Shown: in pieces, positions 1 to 12,488 of the stretch
Layout: each line of letters starts with the position of its first letter
Numbering within the stretch: position 1 is the stretch's first letter
Source: Macrostomum lignano
Lineage: Eukaryota
Reading direction: 5' to 3'
Assembly: GCA_002269645.1 (NCBI GenBank)
Contig: NIVC01000939.1
Location: 62,001 to 126,000 of the forward strand
DNA: 64,000 nucleotides
The notes under the pieces: model-generated
Seen by the model: only the letters and a program-made list of their open reading frames with translations
The model's database searches: none
What the model was told of the DNA's origin: nothing
Position numbers and translations under genes: made by a program

Positions 1-21
1 TGGCCTCGCACCTTACCGTAG

Positions 22-2484
22 GAATTCAGTGTCGTCCAAATCTGAGCGAAATTTTCGATGCAACACTTCTTGATGTCATGAATTCAACGGGAACATTGTA
101 CTTGGACAGTGCTGTCCTGCGCTGTGCCAACTCATCCCTTCGCGAGTTGAGCGCCAGTCGGGATCACAATGAGCTGCCTACTCAGTGCTTGGCCAACGGT
201 TCCTGGTCCAATGAGTGGCTGTGGAGCTCTGGGTGTTCCTGTAAGTGTCGTTTTCGGTTATGTACTAAATTTGTACTTAACCTGCCAGCCAGTTGACTTA
301 CATTTTTGTTTATAGGCCCATGCATTGCACAGTTGCATTAAAAGTGCATGTTGTAAAGTTAGATAGCTAACCCAAAAGCTCGCCCTATTTCCCTTAAGTC
401 TGGCCCATTCACTGACCTAAAATATAGCAATTTTGTGTACGACGCGTAAAACCATTAAAAAAGCCAGCTAACCCGCATAAAATGCTCAACTTGCTCTCGG
501 CAGTGAAAACCTGCCCAGGCTTCATTGCAAACCAGGAGGAAGTGTACACGGTTCATCGTCATAACGGCAGCTTGGACTCCATCTACAACCAGACCGTGAG
601 CGTCAGAGTCACCCCGTTCACCAACTCGAACGTATCGACAGCTCCTGTACTCACGGAAGTGCAGCTGGGGTGCCCAGGCACCCATTTTCTTCCGCCCAGC
701 GCGCCCAATAGAACCTGGTGCCAAGAGACCAAGAACTGGTCTAGTTATCAGACCTGCGTCAGTAAGTTTATCTGTTTTGAAATTCAATGCCTAAACTATT
801 CAAGTACTGTTGTATTGATTTGCTGGTTGACTGATTCGCCCTAGTTAATTGAAATGATGTCTTTTGACTCTGATTCAGTTGGTTTATCTCGCATTATAAT
901 CTCACTAAACATAACTTTTAGGACTGGCCTGCCCGTCACCGCCGGCCCCGTCCGGTGCCAGCGTCAGCAGCCACTTCCTCAACCAGCCGGCAGACCCGCA
1001 GCTGCGGCTTTTCGACAGCGTCTTCTACGAGGCACTCAGCGGCTCCTACTTTACCGTCATCAACTCTACCTGGTGGCTGAGCACCTGTCTTCTGAATGAG
1101 TCCAGCGGCCTACCCTACTGGACCGAGCTGTTCCCACTGGAGAGTGAGTGAATGACGCACCAAGTGACGTCATTTGTATTCAACGTGTTTTGATACATAC
1201 ATACAAAAATTAAGTTATTAGGTTCAATACTGAAATTGTCCTAAACAGTAACAGTATAGGAACCATTGCTATCGGTCATTGTGTTTGATTTTTAGCGGGC
1301 CAATGCGTTCCCGGAATCGCGGAGCTGTCCGCTCTGCCCGGCATTTCTCTGATCGGAAACTCGAGTGAGCTCAACCGCACAATCGAGATCCGCTGCCTCG
1401 ACGCAGTATCGCAGGAGTTTCTGGACGCGCCATCCGTGACCAAGTTTCACTCCGTGTGCCAGCCTGGAGGACAGTGGAGCAACTTCAGTCGGTGGGAACG
1501 TGGCTGCGGCGGTGAGTCTCGATGTCGGGAGCTTGCAGGGATTGGCCTGGCTGTAGACTTGAAAAATTATGTATTACATATTGCAAAGCAACGCTGCTGC
1601 TTTCTTGTACCGTTGGTTTTAGAAATTAAAAAAATGAAATAAGCCGTTACTTCAAGTATCCAGTAATAAAATCTTACTGGATGCTTAATATTATCCTGTG
1701 CGCAATATTTCAAGAGCTGAAGACCTAGAGCTGGGTACTCATTCTCATTCTTAAACTTTCTAGGACGAACCTGTGACGCCATTTCCGTCCTTGAGCGGGT
1801 CTTTACCATCGCGGAGATCAATGAGAACGCCCAGCTTGCTGGATACCGCAACATCAGCTTGTCCTCGCTTAACTTGACGCTGCCTGCCGCTGCCCAGAAC
1901 GGCAGCAAGCTGCCAGTTGGGACTCGCCTGAGCATCGGCTGCCCTCCCGGACTTCGGTGGCAGAGTGGCGCTCCGGACTCCACCGTGTGCCGACAGGATA
2001 GGACTTGGAGCTCTTACCAGCTATGCCAGCGTTAGTTGCTACAGAATCTGACAGTCCCGATGTTCTTAGTGCTTAAAAAGTATCACATGTGCTTTGGGTA
2101 ACATCAATTGCTACCGGAAGAATTTATTTAGCATGAGAGCATTTCTTTTTACCGTGCTACTATTTTACCATAGAAGCAATCGATAATAACGGCACCCTAC
2201 TAATACAATGAAAATGGAAACTTCAGGACATTTCCGGTTTTGTATACTTCAAACTTCAGGCCAGTATTGCCGGATCGCTTCTCCCGTATTCGGAGCTGAG
2301 CTAAGCGACTTCCATCTGCTCGAGCAGGCGGAGAAGTACCGCGTGCACGACCTGATCCGATACAAGGCGGAGTACGGCCGCCTGTTCTCGGGCAGCAACA
2401 GCCGCTACGCTTACTCAAAATGCGCCTACAATGAGGAAGAAGAATACGGCTACTGGACTCCGGTGCCTGCGACCTTCTTAGCCT
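22..2484 (+). CDS. 3' exons of a Sushi/CCP-like repeat gene (5' part upstream of window); paralog of the 13040-43229 gene
   Basis: Phase 1-1 exons with AG/GT: 22-240, 504-761, 922-1143, 1296-1511, 1764-2030, 2260-2484. They align one-to-one with exons at 40865-42971 (e.g. ACPSPP...WWLSTCLLNESSGLPYWTELFPL), four of six with identical lengths (258, 222, 267, 225 nt). The terminal exon is uncertain (perhaps from 2528). Confidence 0.85.
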
Positions 2485-4150
2485 GTAAGTGACGTGCGTG
2501 TGTCTGTCTTTGTGCATTGGTTTGCAGATTTCTATAAACTGAAACTGCACGGCTGACGAACGGCAACTGAGTCAGAAAAGCAGCGACCAGATCTACAGCA
2601 AATTTCCAACGGCAAACACGGTGAGAAATATACTGACAGTAGCTTTAATAAACTTTTTAATAATTGATGTACGGGATAAAGCTTCATTCCAAGGTAACGT
2701 GACAGGTGAGTGGTAAAATGAAACAGCATTTTAAACGGCGATGTTAACTTCTTCTTGTTCGTACCTGAAATACGAGCATTGACAAATAGCTTTCAACTTC
2801 CGCAATGCTATTTTCATACGTACGTTCAAAATTGCATTTAGCTATGTATATATGACGTTTTTATTAATAATCCTCATTCTTTGTCTCTGTTTATGCTTCA
2901 TGCTTCGTTCCTACGCGCAGACGCAATGCACTGGCGTAAAGTGTGCAACACTGAGTCAGATTTCTGGATTGAAGCCAGCTGTTCTCTCAAGCGACTGTTT
3001 CAAACGCTGTGGCAAGAATTCATGTTGGCTTTTTTCGTCGTAACTTGAAAAAATTGTCATCTAAGTTGAATTTTATTGCTGTAGAATTGTCAGATGCAGC
3101 TGCGTGTGCGGTCTGTATTTTCACTACCGCAGCGTATCGTTACTACTTTCTCACTTCATAACGAATCAGATTTTACATATCCACAGTTCCTCATTTCAAT
3201 AACACGCAACTCGCAACTTGAAACGGCTGTACTCTTTACGCGCGAGAAAATTAAATTATCAAGTGGTGCATCAAAGCTGTTATTATTGTAAATATAATGT
3301 AAATATAATAGTCTTTAAACTGCACGGCAAAGCGAAGGCTAAGAAAAAACTCTTGTTTTACTGTTTGAAATGTGTATAACAAACATCCCTTGGCTTAATC
3401 TAGGCCAACCTGAAATCTGGCTCTTGTTGTGCCCGCGTGCACTTGCACTGTTGAGCGATCTATTGAGCCCTCAGTGCGGGTGCACCCGCCGTTGCACCTT
3501 TCCTCACGTGTCTACCACCCCCGCTTTGTCTGACGGTTAAGAAATTTTACGCGCGCCGCCCACCCCCCTTTCTCTGTGATTGGCTGAGCTGCCAGCCTAG
3601 CGACCCACATTACTCATTTGTGATTTGTTAATTGTGTACGCGCTCGTGCCGGCCAATCGGCGGCCAAGAATTTGGGGTGGGGGTTGTGAGTGGGCTTGAC
3701 AAGTCAACTCTTCATGTACACAATACTAACTCTAGCAAACTCTCGGTCGCTCTGCCTCGCTCATCCGAAAAGTAAATTGCCAGTCTGCGAAAGAATTACA
3801 GTGAGTTGCCTCCGCTTAAATTTCTTGGGCAAAAACTGCCTACGGGAGCTTTCGAGTTGTGGGTTCTAGGGACGGACCGGCTCAGTGTTCGATGCGATCT
3901 CACGCTCAGATATTGCGCTCAGTCCAGCCAGCGGGCTGAAGCAATCCTTAGCTCGTCCGCTGAAGGGGCCCTGAAGTGTCACACTAGATCAGGCCCTAGT
4001 CACAACATTCTTTATCGTAACCCAACAAGCTGGCTTCATCCAACAGTCCAACGATCAATGTATGAGAATATAAGATCTATGACCTAGCCTAGCCTTAGTT
4101 GAAGCCTAGTCAGGAAGTCCTTGAGTTAAAGATATTCATAATTGAAAACG

Positions 4151-4430
4151 TGTGGCGGCCAGACTATGCGACCGGCAGCACCAGTGCAGCCGCACTGGAA
4201 ACCCCCCCCGCCAACCTCTGTTCTAGCTGAGGTGGGGTGGTGGCGCACCGCGCTAGCCGGCTCGCTAAGCCAGGGGGTTGGCGTAGCCAATCACGCCACG
4301 CCACATGTGCGCACCTCCCTCGGCCCCTCGATAATCTCGCGCTGTTTTCACTTGTATAAATATACGCGCAATGCAGTGCAAAATCTTCGCTGCCATTCCA
4401 TCTATTGAAACTAAAAGGCCTTCCGCCTCA
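4151..4430 (+). mobile_element. solo LTR, copy 1 (280 bp)
   Basis: TGTGG...CCTCA termini, internal TATAAATA, closely similar to 7454-7732; flanks AACG/GACG (4-bp TSD with one mismatch). Confidence 0.7.
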
Positions 4431-4499
4431 GACGTTATTTTAGCATTCGTGGTCTGGCCAAAAGATCTTATATACTCTAGATAGACATTCATTTGAAGA

Positions 4500-5335
4500 G
4501 TTTATCGGGTGGAGATCAGTCGCTCGAAAACTCCCACTTCCAGACCTTAAGCCTGGGAACAAAATTCAGTGATCACTTACTGGTGCGGGCTCCTCTTCTT
4601 TGTCGGGCAGGTCAGTAGAGCTCGTAGTCTTCCTCCGGAGTAGTCTTCTTGAATTCAAAAAATCGGCTGAATATGAGAGCGCAACAATTTAATCCGTCGA
4701 CGTCGAAGTATTCCTCGAGTGCAGAAATCCGAGATGCGCCCTAATAACAAAGTCAACTCTAGAACAATGACGAGGTCCTCCAGAAAGGGCGTCTTCTTCT
4801 AGAAATAACAAAATCGGAGTCGTGTGCCCCTATCGGTTACTCCAAGGTAACAAAATCAATCAATCAATAATCCCTCTAAGGGTATCGGAATCGCTCCGCA
4901 GATCCTATCTAATCCCTTAGGAAAGGGAGTCTAAACTCAATAGACTCAGTAATCTCAACTGATCAGCAACGGCTCACAATAGCACCCCTCTCGATAATCA
5001 AATAATCAGACTTGAACAAAGGCTTACCAATTGGTTTACTTCTCCCTCGTAGATATAGCCTCGTTTGGCTGCTCTTGAAAAGCCCAAGATTTCTTGAGGC
5101 TGCTCAGAGTCTGAGATTTCAGCTCAGATTTCAAATAGGTATAACTCTCCCTCGGAGATGTAGTCCTGTCGGACTCGTCAGGTCGCTCTGAGTCTCGAGA
5201 AACTGTTTTAAGTCTCTTTGGACTGTTCCGAGTCTGAGATTTCAACTCGGATTTTTGGCTTGTATTTATAGGCAAATTTTGCGAAAACAAGGTCATTTTG
5301 ATGGGGTGATGGGTTCATTTCTTAGGAATTTGACC
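4500..5335 (-). mobile_element. probable LTR-like/TE fragment
   Basis: Non-coding; internal short repeats (GAGTCTGAGATTTCA at ~5107 and ~5230); TATA-like CCTATAAATAC on the minus strand near 5265. Ends not defined. Confidence 0.3.
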
Positions 5336-5614
5336 CTTTGAAAATTGAATAGAATTTTTGCGAATACAATAGCTTTCGGGAATCATTTACCATATTTGGA
5401 GTTTTAAATTTTAATATTACGAAATGGTCATTTACTGTTTTCGTGATATTACAAAAATGGAGTGTGACCGCATGGAATTTAAATTTTTAACTTTTTCGCA
5501 TTTTTATCTTACTACTTCTAGTAGTCTGCTTTGTACTGTATTCTGGAGGTCTCTACACATTGAATGCTTAATTAAGAGTGTAAGATGCCATTGAATGTAA
5601 TGTGATGACTATTT

Positions 5615-5972
5615 TTTATTAGAGGCAGGGGGGTTGTGTGCACCCTGGCGCACTTTAAGCGACATAGGCACACAACCGGCGAGAGGCATTACTGCCCATT
5701 CCGCCGACTCCCCTGAGCAGGCATACAAGCGCGCGGATACGTACGCAGGCACACACTCACACAGGAGTGTACAGCGGCCCTAACTTTATAATATCGTTAG
5801 GCATGTACACTTCACTGCGCCTTGGGGGGTTGGCTCTCAAGGCCGTTAATTGCACGAGCAGAGCCAAGCCGAGATTCCAATTCAGCCCCAAATTAATGTG
5901 ACTGCACTTGGAATCGAGCCTGGGTCGCTGGCACACCAGAGCAGCTGCGCTACCGCTGGGCTACGGCCCCCT
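5615..5972 (-). mobile_element. tRNA-derived SINE
   Basis: Minus strand starts GGGGCCGTAGCCCAGCGG (A box) ... GGCTCGATTCC (B box), followed by a non-tRNA body and an A-rich end. The body motif recurs at ~21785 and ~24390. Confidence 0.7.
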
Positions 5973-7453
5973 CTGAATGTAATATGAACTTGGCAAGTGA
6001 ACGGTGGTTAAGTTACTGAACTTGAGTAGCCCTGTTGTGCATCTTAATGCATAATTCCGACGCTCGTGCAGTTCAAAAAATTCCAAGAGTTCAGCTTTTC
6101 ACTGCTCATGCCGCTGGGCCTCCGTTCTTCAGCTTGACAGCCATGCTTATGGATGAAGAGAAGAATCTATTCTCCTGGGCCAATGCTTCTTTTCAGTTGA
6201 ATAGCAATATACTTTCATGTCCAAAAAGCTACTGAATTCAAAGTATCAAATGGGTCGAATTTGTCCCATTTGCTGGCATACAAAGCGGTATCTACAGCAT
6301 GTGGCTGGTCTGCCCCAACAGCAGGTCAATTGAATAAGCCAAATCCAATATCAATCGAATACAACGGATGCCTAAGTGGGATTTAACCTCAATCCTATGA
6401 ATTTAGTCACATTTTATAACATTTTCTAAAAGCATCTAATCTTTCTCTGTACTAGCGGGATTCTGTAATGTGGCATTGCAGTGCGAGAGTTGCCAGAAAG
6501 CTTTTATGTATACGAGCCATGTCGCCTTGCATTGCCATTTAGCAGCTAAAAATCACTGCATGCAACTTGATGCGAGAAAAGCAAAATCTGCACGAGATTT
6601 TCGGAACTACTAGGAGTTGAATGCAAGTTCTCCTTGTCCTTTTGGTTCACTGCAGACCCAGCACAGGTTCGAGTTGGTTTCATTAAATTTGACCAAATTC
6701 AAACATGTCAGATCAATTTCATATTTTGCTTTCACTCATTTTAGCTATATATTGCCAGATAGTATGAATAGAAGAAAGCAAGAAAGACCTGCACCTGTCA
6801 TAATCTGCTCAGCTCAACAAAATTCTAATGCTCCGCTTCTCACATTCTCCATCTGCGCCACGGAAATGTGCCCGGATGTCGAGGCCAGGCTGCCTTCGCT
6901 GTGAGCTACCGGGAAGTAAAACATCCGGGTCGATAAGAATGATTGCGGACCGCCTGTTGCTGTTTCCTGGCACGTGCGGCTGCATTGTGGAGCTCACCGG
7001 AGCGGTGGGACGCCAAGCCATTGTCAAGAAAACTTTTCCGTTCTCCCATTTTAGTGACAAACAGAAGGATGCGTGTGGAAGGATTGTATCGATGGCAACA
7101 CAAGGATGACAATGCCCAGCAAGCGATGGCAGAGTGGCTCTGGAATTTAGCGACTGCCTGTCTTGTGTGAGAGCAAAATGAGTAAGTTGACTGTGTAGAA
7201 AGCATGTCGCAGGCCCCTGCAAAATAACTAATACCAAACGGGTCCGAGACAACGGAGTCGAATAGCTGATATAAATTCTAAGCTAAAAGTGCGACAAAGT
7301 TTAAACAGAGCTTCCAGCCTTGCTATTTTCAGTGGTTGGTCAAAGACTCAAAAAATTCCGACTTGATCAAAGCTTGTATAAAGCAAGACCTGATTTTTCG
7401 GATCAGTCAAAGGTGAACAGTGCTCCACTGACTGTGAAAAACAGCCCACTGAT

Positions 7454-7732
7454 TGTGGCGGCCAGACTGTACGCGACCGGCAGCACCAGTGCAGCCGCAC
7501 TGGAAACCCCCCAACCTCTGTCTAGCTGAGGTGGGGTGGTTGCGCACCGCGCTAGCCGGCTCGCTAAGCCAGGGGGTTGGCGTAGCCAATCACGCCACGC
7601 CACCTGTTTCGCATCTCCCTTGGCTTGGCCCCTCAATCTGGCGTTGTTTGTAAATATATAAATACACGCGCAAAGCAGCACAAACTCTTCGCTGCCATTC
7701 CATCTATTGAAACTAAAAGGCCTTCCGCCTCA
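7454..7732 (+). mobile_element. solo LTR, copy 2 (279 bp)
   Basis: TG...CA termini; perfect 4-bp TSD TGAT (7450-7453 / 7733-7736). Confidence 0.8.
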
Positions 7733-7775
7733 TGATTTCATATTCGTGCATTCAAAGAGACAGAGTCCTCTATCT

Positions 7776-10357
7776 ATAATTTTTACCTCTTCCCTGTCTA
7801 TTTCAACAGAACCGATATTTAACTTGCACATCTCAACTTGCAATGTCGTGACTCCATTTTAGGACACCATTTACGAGTTAAGGTTCGTATTTAGACAAGC
7901 CAATGTCGAATTTAGCCATCGGCAGTGCAGCTTCATTCTCGATTGCCTCTGGCTAAAAGTAAGGAATTGCGGCAAAGCTCAAATTCAAATCAGCCATCAT
8001 TCTATTTAGAAAAGTTTTATTCAGTCATTTGGGCAACATTTTTGAACTGTACTGCCAATGCACAGCATAAGAAACAGCTTTACCGTGTGAAGATCTCAAG
8101 AAGTCCCTAATACTCAGCTTGGTACACAAGTTGCTTGATGCCACTGTTTTCAGCTCGGCTGAAACCTTCCCGCTACTGGTTGCAGCTGTCATTCGCATGT
8201 AGTGAAGCGAGTCCCATAATGCGCCGTCTATTTGTAGAGCCGAGAATAAGAAGTCCGAACCACGACTTCCAGCTTTTTAGTCTTCTTTGTATCGTTGCAC
8301 AATTTTCTGCTGGCCACCCTGCAGCGCCTCGGCTTTGAGATCAACTGGGCCAAGACGCAGAGCCCAGCCACTTCGGTCACTTTCCTGGGTGTGCAGATCG
8401 ACACATTGACTGGCCTGCTGTCACTGCCCACCGAGAAGATGGACGGCCTTCGAGAACTTCTCCAGGACTGCGCCAACTCGAAGAGCCTGCAAAAACGTCG
8501 CCTTCAGCGCTAGTCAGCAAACTGAACTGGTTCTGCAAAGTGGCCTAACCTGCAAAGGCCCTGCTTCGCGCGCTCCTGGAGATAACCATCGCTATTCCTG
8601 AGCAGCATCATCGAGTACCGGTGCGCGGCGAGCTACTGGCCCAGTTGCAGTTCTGGCAGCATGCAATCCCAGTGTTCCCGACCGACAAGCTGTGGCGGCG
8701 TGCCCGAGTGCTGGCATCGGTCGAGACGGACGCCTGCGTCAGTGCCGGTGGCATGATCCTGAGCACCTCTGATGGCCAGCGCGAGTTCCGCCTCGTCGAC
8801 TTCTGCAGTGACGCCGGTGGCATCTTCCTGGGCGAGCACATCAACGTCAAGGAGACGGTACTGCCGCTGTTCGCCATCATTCTGTTCCAGGAGCAGCTGG
8901 CCGGCGGCAAGGTGGCCTGCTACGTCGACAGCAGCGCGGCGGTCGGCACCATCAACCGCGGTGCCTCCAGCAACCCGATCGTCATGACCCTGCTCAAAAC
9001 GGCCACTCTGGCAGCGCTGAGGCACGACTTTCAGTTTCGAGCTCACCATATGCCGGGGTCCTGGCAGCTGCTGAGCGACCCGCTGTCGCGCTGCCTGACG
9101 CATCCCCGCCACATGCTGCTGTTTCTGCTGCGCTACTTCGGCCGGGCCAAGGCGCAGCCGGAAGATCTGCGCAGGGCCTGCCTCAATGAGTCAACGGCGG
9201 CCCGGTTGCTTGAGCACGCGTCGCTCGCGCTGAGCCCCGGTCTCTGGTGCGGTTCTCGAGCGGAGCGAGTTGCGACGGCTGAAGCAGATCCCGAGCTCAG
9301 GTGCGAGTCTTAGAGCTAGTGCTTTGACCTGGCTTTTTTGGCTTGGTTTTAATTTATTCTGCGGCTCGTTGATCTGATTTTACACGCTTGTCTCCTTCCC
9401 CCCTCTTTCTGTTGGTGTTGGGGTTCGTTTTCCCTTTCTGGGCCGCGTCTGCCGGTATTTTGTGCCACTTGCTTTTACTCTGCGTTAGTCTTTTGGGGTT
9501 TAATACGTCAGTTTGAGGCAGGTATCTGACTCTAACTGGTTTTAAACCCCCCCCCCGCGCCGGCCTGGCCTCGCTTTGGTGGGTTGGTGGGGTGCTGGCG
9601 CTCTGCGTGCGTGCAGGGCTTAGGGCAGCCTCCCCCTCCGCTCTGTGCTATTTAGTCACGCGTCGCGGCCGCTGAGTCGGCGTAATTTTGGCAAAATATT
9701 TTTTTTCTCTTTTAAATTACAAAATCAATATATTTCGTCGCTTAAGGGGTTCGTTTTCCCTTTCTGGGCCGCGTCTGCCGGTATTTTGTGCCACTTGCTT
9801 TTACTCTGCGTTAGTCTTTTGGGGTTTAACGATAATTATTACCTCTTCCCAGTCTATTTCAACAGAACCGATATTTAACTTGCACATCTCAACTTGCAAT
9901 GTCGTGACTCCATTTCAGGACACCATTTACGAGTTAAGGTTCGTATTTAGACAAGCCAATGTCGAATTTAGCCATCGGCAGTGCAGCTTCATTCTCGATT
10001 GCCTCTGGCTAAAAGTAAGGAATTGCGGCAAAGCTCAAATTCAAATCAGCCATCATTCTATTTAGAAAAGTTTTATTCAGTCATTTGGGCAACATTTTTG
10101 AACTGTACTGCCAATGCACAGCATAAGAAACAGCTTTACCGTGTGAAGATCTCAAGAAGTCCCTAATACTCAGCTTGGTACACAAGTTGCTTGATGCCAC
10201 TGTTTTCAGCTCGGCTGAAACCTTCCCGCTACTGGTTGCAGCTGTCATTCGCATGTAGTGAAGCGAGTCCCATAATGCTCCGTCTATTTGCAGAGCCGAG
10301 AATAAGAAGTCCGAACCACGACTTCCAGCTTTTTAGTCTTCTTTGTATCGTTGCACA
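7776..10357. repeat. 526-bp direct duplication (7776-8301 = 9832-10357) flanking a retroelement fragment
   Basis: The two copies read identically apart from a few substitutions; the same 61-aa spurious ORF appears at 7925 and 9981. Confidence 0.95.
8302..9829 (+). mobile_element. 5'-truncated DIRS-group (Ngaro-like) retrotransposon: RT C-terminus plus RNase H pseudogene
   Basis: LQRLGFEINWAK..VTFLGVQIDT..LSLPTEK (RT thumb); VETDAC..HINVKE..YVDSSAAV..INRG..AHHMPG..SDPLSR (DIRS-type RNase H). Frameshift near 8510 and stop near 8547. Split 84-bp direct repeats at 9420-9503 and 9746-9829, as in Ngaro termini. Confidence 0.8.
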
Positions 10358-10829
10358 TGCATGCTTTTCAAAGCAGAAGTCTGCTTCTGTGGAGTGAGCG
10401 GGGTATTTGGAGGCGAGGTTGTCCAATGCTAACACACAGCCGACAGCTGCTGTGCCTGATGCAAACTGAAACCTCCTGGGAAAGACACTGAAATGCGGGC
10501 TGCATCAGCGCCGCCATCCTGCAAAAGAAATCTCCGGAACTTTGCAGAGCTAAAAGCCGTGTAGTTGCTTTCATCGATTAGCCGCTTAAACTCAGTTCCC
10601 TGGCATGATGCAGGTGAGATCAACTGAAGCTTTTTATGAGCAACTAGAAATTTAAGTCGGTAGCTTCTTTTCTCGGTGGTAGCAAACAAAAATTGCTATA
10701 AGCCATCAGCTTGATAGTGCAAGTGAATTCTAGCAGAGATATTGGGCAGCTGTTGCAGCCGACATAATGCCTAATGGGTAGCAACCGACAGCTCAGCCGC
10801 TGCTATTGCGAGGCGCTTCTAAATTCTGC

Positions 10830-11044
10830 GTACGGCTGTACAGTCAAGGACTGGGGGGGTCGCCACACACCCCTCAATTACCCCAGCTAATGCTGGCACC
10901 CATTTTACAGCTGGGTGAACTGAAGCACTGCAGAATTAAGTAGTGTCCTGCTCAAGGACACAAACTATTCCGAGTGAGTCGAGAATCGAACCCCCGACCT
11001 TTCAGCTGTGAATCCCACGCTCCAATCACTAGGCTACAACCCCT
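10830..11044 (-). mobile_element. tRNA-derived SINE with V/Meta-SINE-like core
   Basis: Minus strand GGGGTTGTAGCCTAGTGATTGG (A box), GGTTCGATTCTC (B box), then GTGTCCTTGAGCAGGACACT...CCCAGCTGTAAAATGGGT, resembling conserved metazoan SINE cores. Confidence 0.75.
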
Positions 11045-11304
11045 GTCTATAACCCCCGTACAGGCAGATAGGTAGTTGTTAAAATTGTTAATTAGAACAA
11101 CTGCTGCAGGTTACGGCCAGGTATTTTTGTGCAGTATCTCAGCTAGAATACGGACTCAAACGCAATAAACTGCACAAGCGAACGATTTTTCGTCATCAAA
11201 TAACTTTTGGCACTGAAAATTTATGAAAAAAAAATAGCTACTTCTGAGAAATTTGCTATTGCAGTCATTTGCAGTGTGTCTCTGGCGCAGGTGAACCGGG
11301 TCTA

Positions 11305-12160
11305 TGAAATTTGCTTGCGAGAAGTTTGCTTGCGGGACTTTTGCTTGTGGAATTTTGCTTGCCGAACTTTGCTTGCCGAACTTTGCTTGCCGAGGTTTGC
11401 TTGCCAAACTTTGCTTGCGGAATTTTGCTTGCCGAAGTTTGCTTGCAGGAACTTTGCTTGCCGAACTTTGCTTGTCGAACTTTGCTTGCCGAAGTTTGCT
11501 TGCAGGAACTTTGCTTGTCGAACTTTGCTTGCCGAAGTTTGCTTGCAGGAACTTTGCTTGCCGAAGTTTGCTTGCAGGAACTTTGCTTGCCGAACTTTGC
11601 TTGCCGAAGTTTGCTTGCAGGAACTTTGCTTGCCGAACTTTGCTTGCCGAAGTTTGCTTGCAGGAACTTTGCTTGCCGAACTTTGCTTGCCGAAGTTTGC
11701 TTGCAGGAACTTTGCTTGCCGAACTTTGCTTGCCGAGCTTTGCTTGCCGAACTTTGCTTGCCGAACTTTGCTTGCAGGAACTTTGCTTGCCGAACTTTGC
11801 TTGCCGAAGTTTGCTTGCAGGAACTTTGCTTGCCGAAGTTTGCTTGCCGAAGTTTGCTTGCAGGAACTTTGCTTGCCGAACTTTGCTTGCCGAAGTTTGC
11901 TTGCAGGAACTTTGCTTGCCGAACTTTGCTTGCCGAAGTTTGCTTGCAGGAACTTTGCTTGCCGAACTTTGCTTGCCGAAGTTTGCTTGCAGGAACTTTG
12001 CTTGCCGAGCTTTGCTTGCCGAACTTTGCTTGCCGAAGTTTGCTTGCAGGAACTTTGCTTGCCGAACTTTGCTTGCCGAACTTTGCTTGCCGAACTTTGC
12101 TTGCCGAAGTTTGCTTGCAGGAACTTTGCTTGCCGAAGTTTGCTTGCAGGAATTTGCTTG
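11305..12160. repeat. 14/15-bp minisatellite (TTTGCTTGCCGAAC / TTTGCTTGCCGAAG / TTTGCTTGCAGGAAC)
   Basis: About 60 units; accounts for the overlapping repetitive ORFs at 11207-12269. Confidence 0.97.
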
Positions 12161-12448
12161 CTGATCGAGGTTCGCTATCCAAAGTTTTTTTAGCGGAACC
12201 GTAAAGAACCAATTTTTGAGCTCTTTTATTTCTAATTATCATTTTGTATGAGAATATGGCGGATTTCAAAAGCCGTAATGCAGAAATGGAATAATTCAGG
12301 TTTTTTACTGGGAATATATTTCAACAAAAATTGGACAACAATACATGTCGAATGATTTAGGCAGCAAAATGTACAGAATAGATTTTCCATATATAGCATG
12401 TACCACCGATCTGTGAATTGTTGACTCGTTAGGATACCCAACGCTCTG

Positions 12449-12488
12449 CAGTAGCGGATTTAGAGGGGGCGCACAGGGCCCCCCACAA
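12449..12488 (+). mobile_element. MITE/DNA-transposon-like terminus
   Basis: CAGTAGCGGATTTAGAGGGGGCGCACAGGGCCCCCCCA resembles common CAGTGGCGGATTTAG-type MITE ends; the partner end was not found. Confidence 0.3.

Noticed and set aside
3421-3800. Promoter-like GC/CCAAT-rich stretch
   Set aside because: No associated gene or transcript start can be identified; it may be part of a TE.
5900-5972. tRNA gene (also 10975-11044)
   Set aside because: A and B boxes are present but there is no complete acceptor stem, and the sequence runs into SINE body.
6000-7250. Decayed hAT (ZMYM/TTF-type) transposase on the minus strand
   Set aside because: Only faint, frame-hopping motif resemblance; it needs a tBLASTn/HMM search, so no call is made.
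4151-7732. Full-length LTR retrotransposon bounded by the two 280-bp repeats
   Set aside because: Outer flanks do not form a TSD, each repeat has its own TSD, and no gag/pol, PBS or PPT is evident.
11207-12269. Several 280-330-aa ORFs on both strands
   Set aside because: Translations of a stop-free 14/15-bp minisatellite; open in several frames with no splice or codon signal.
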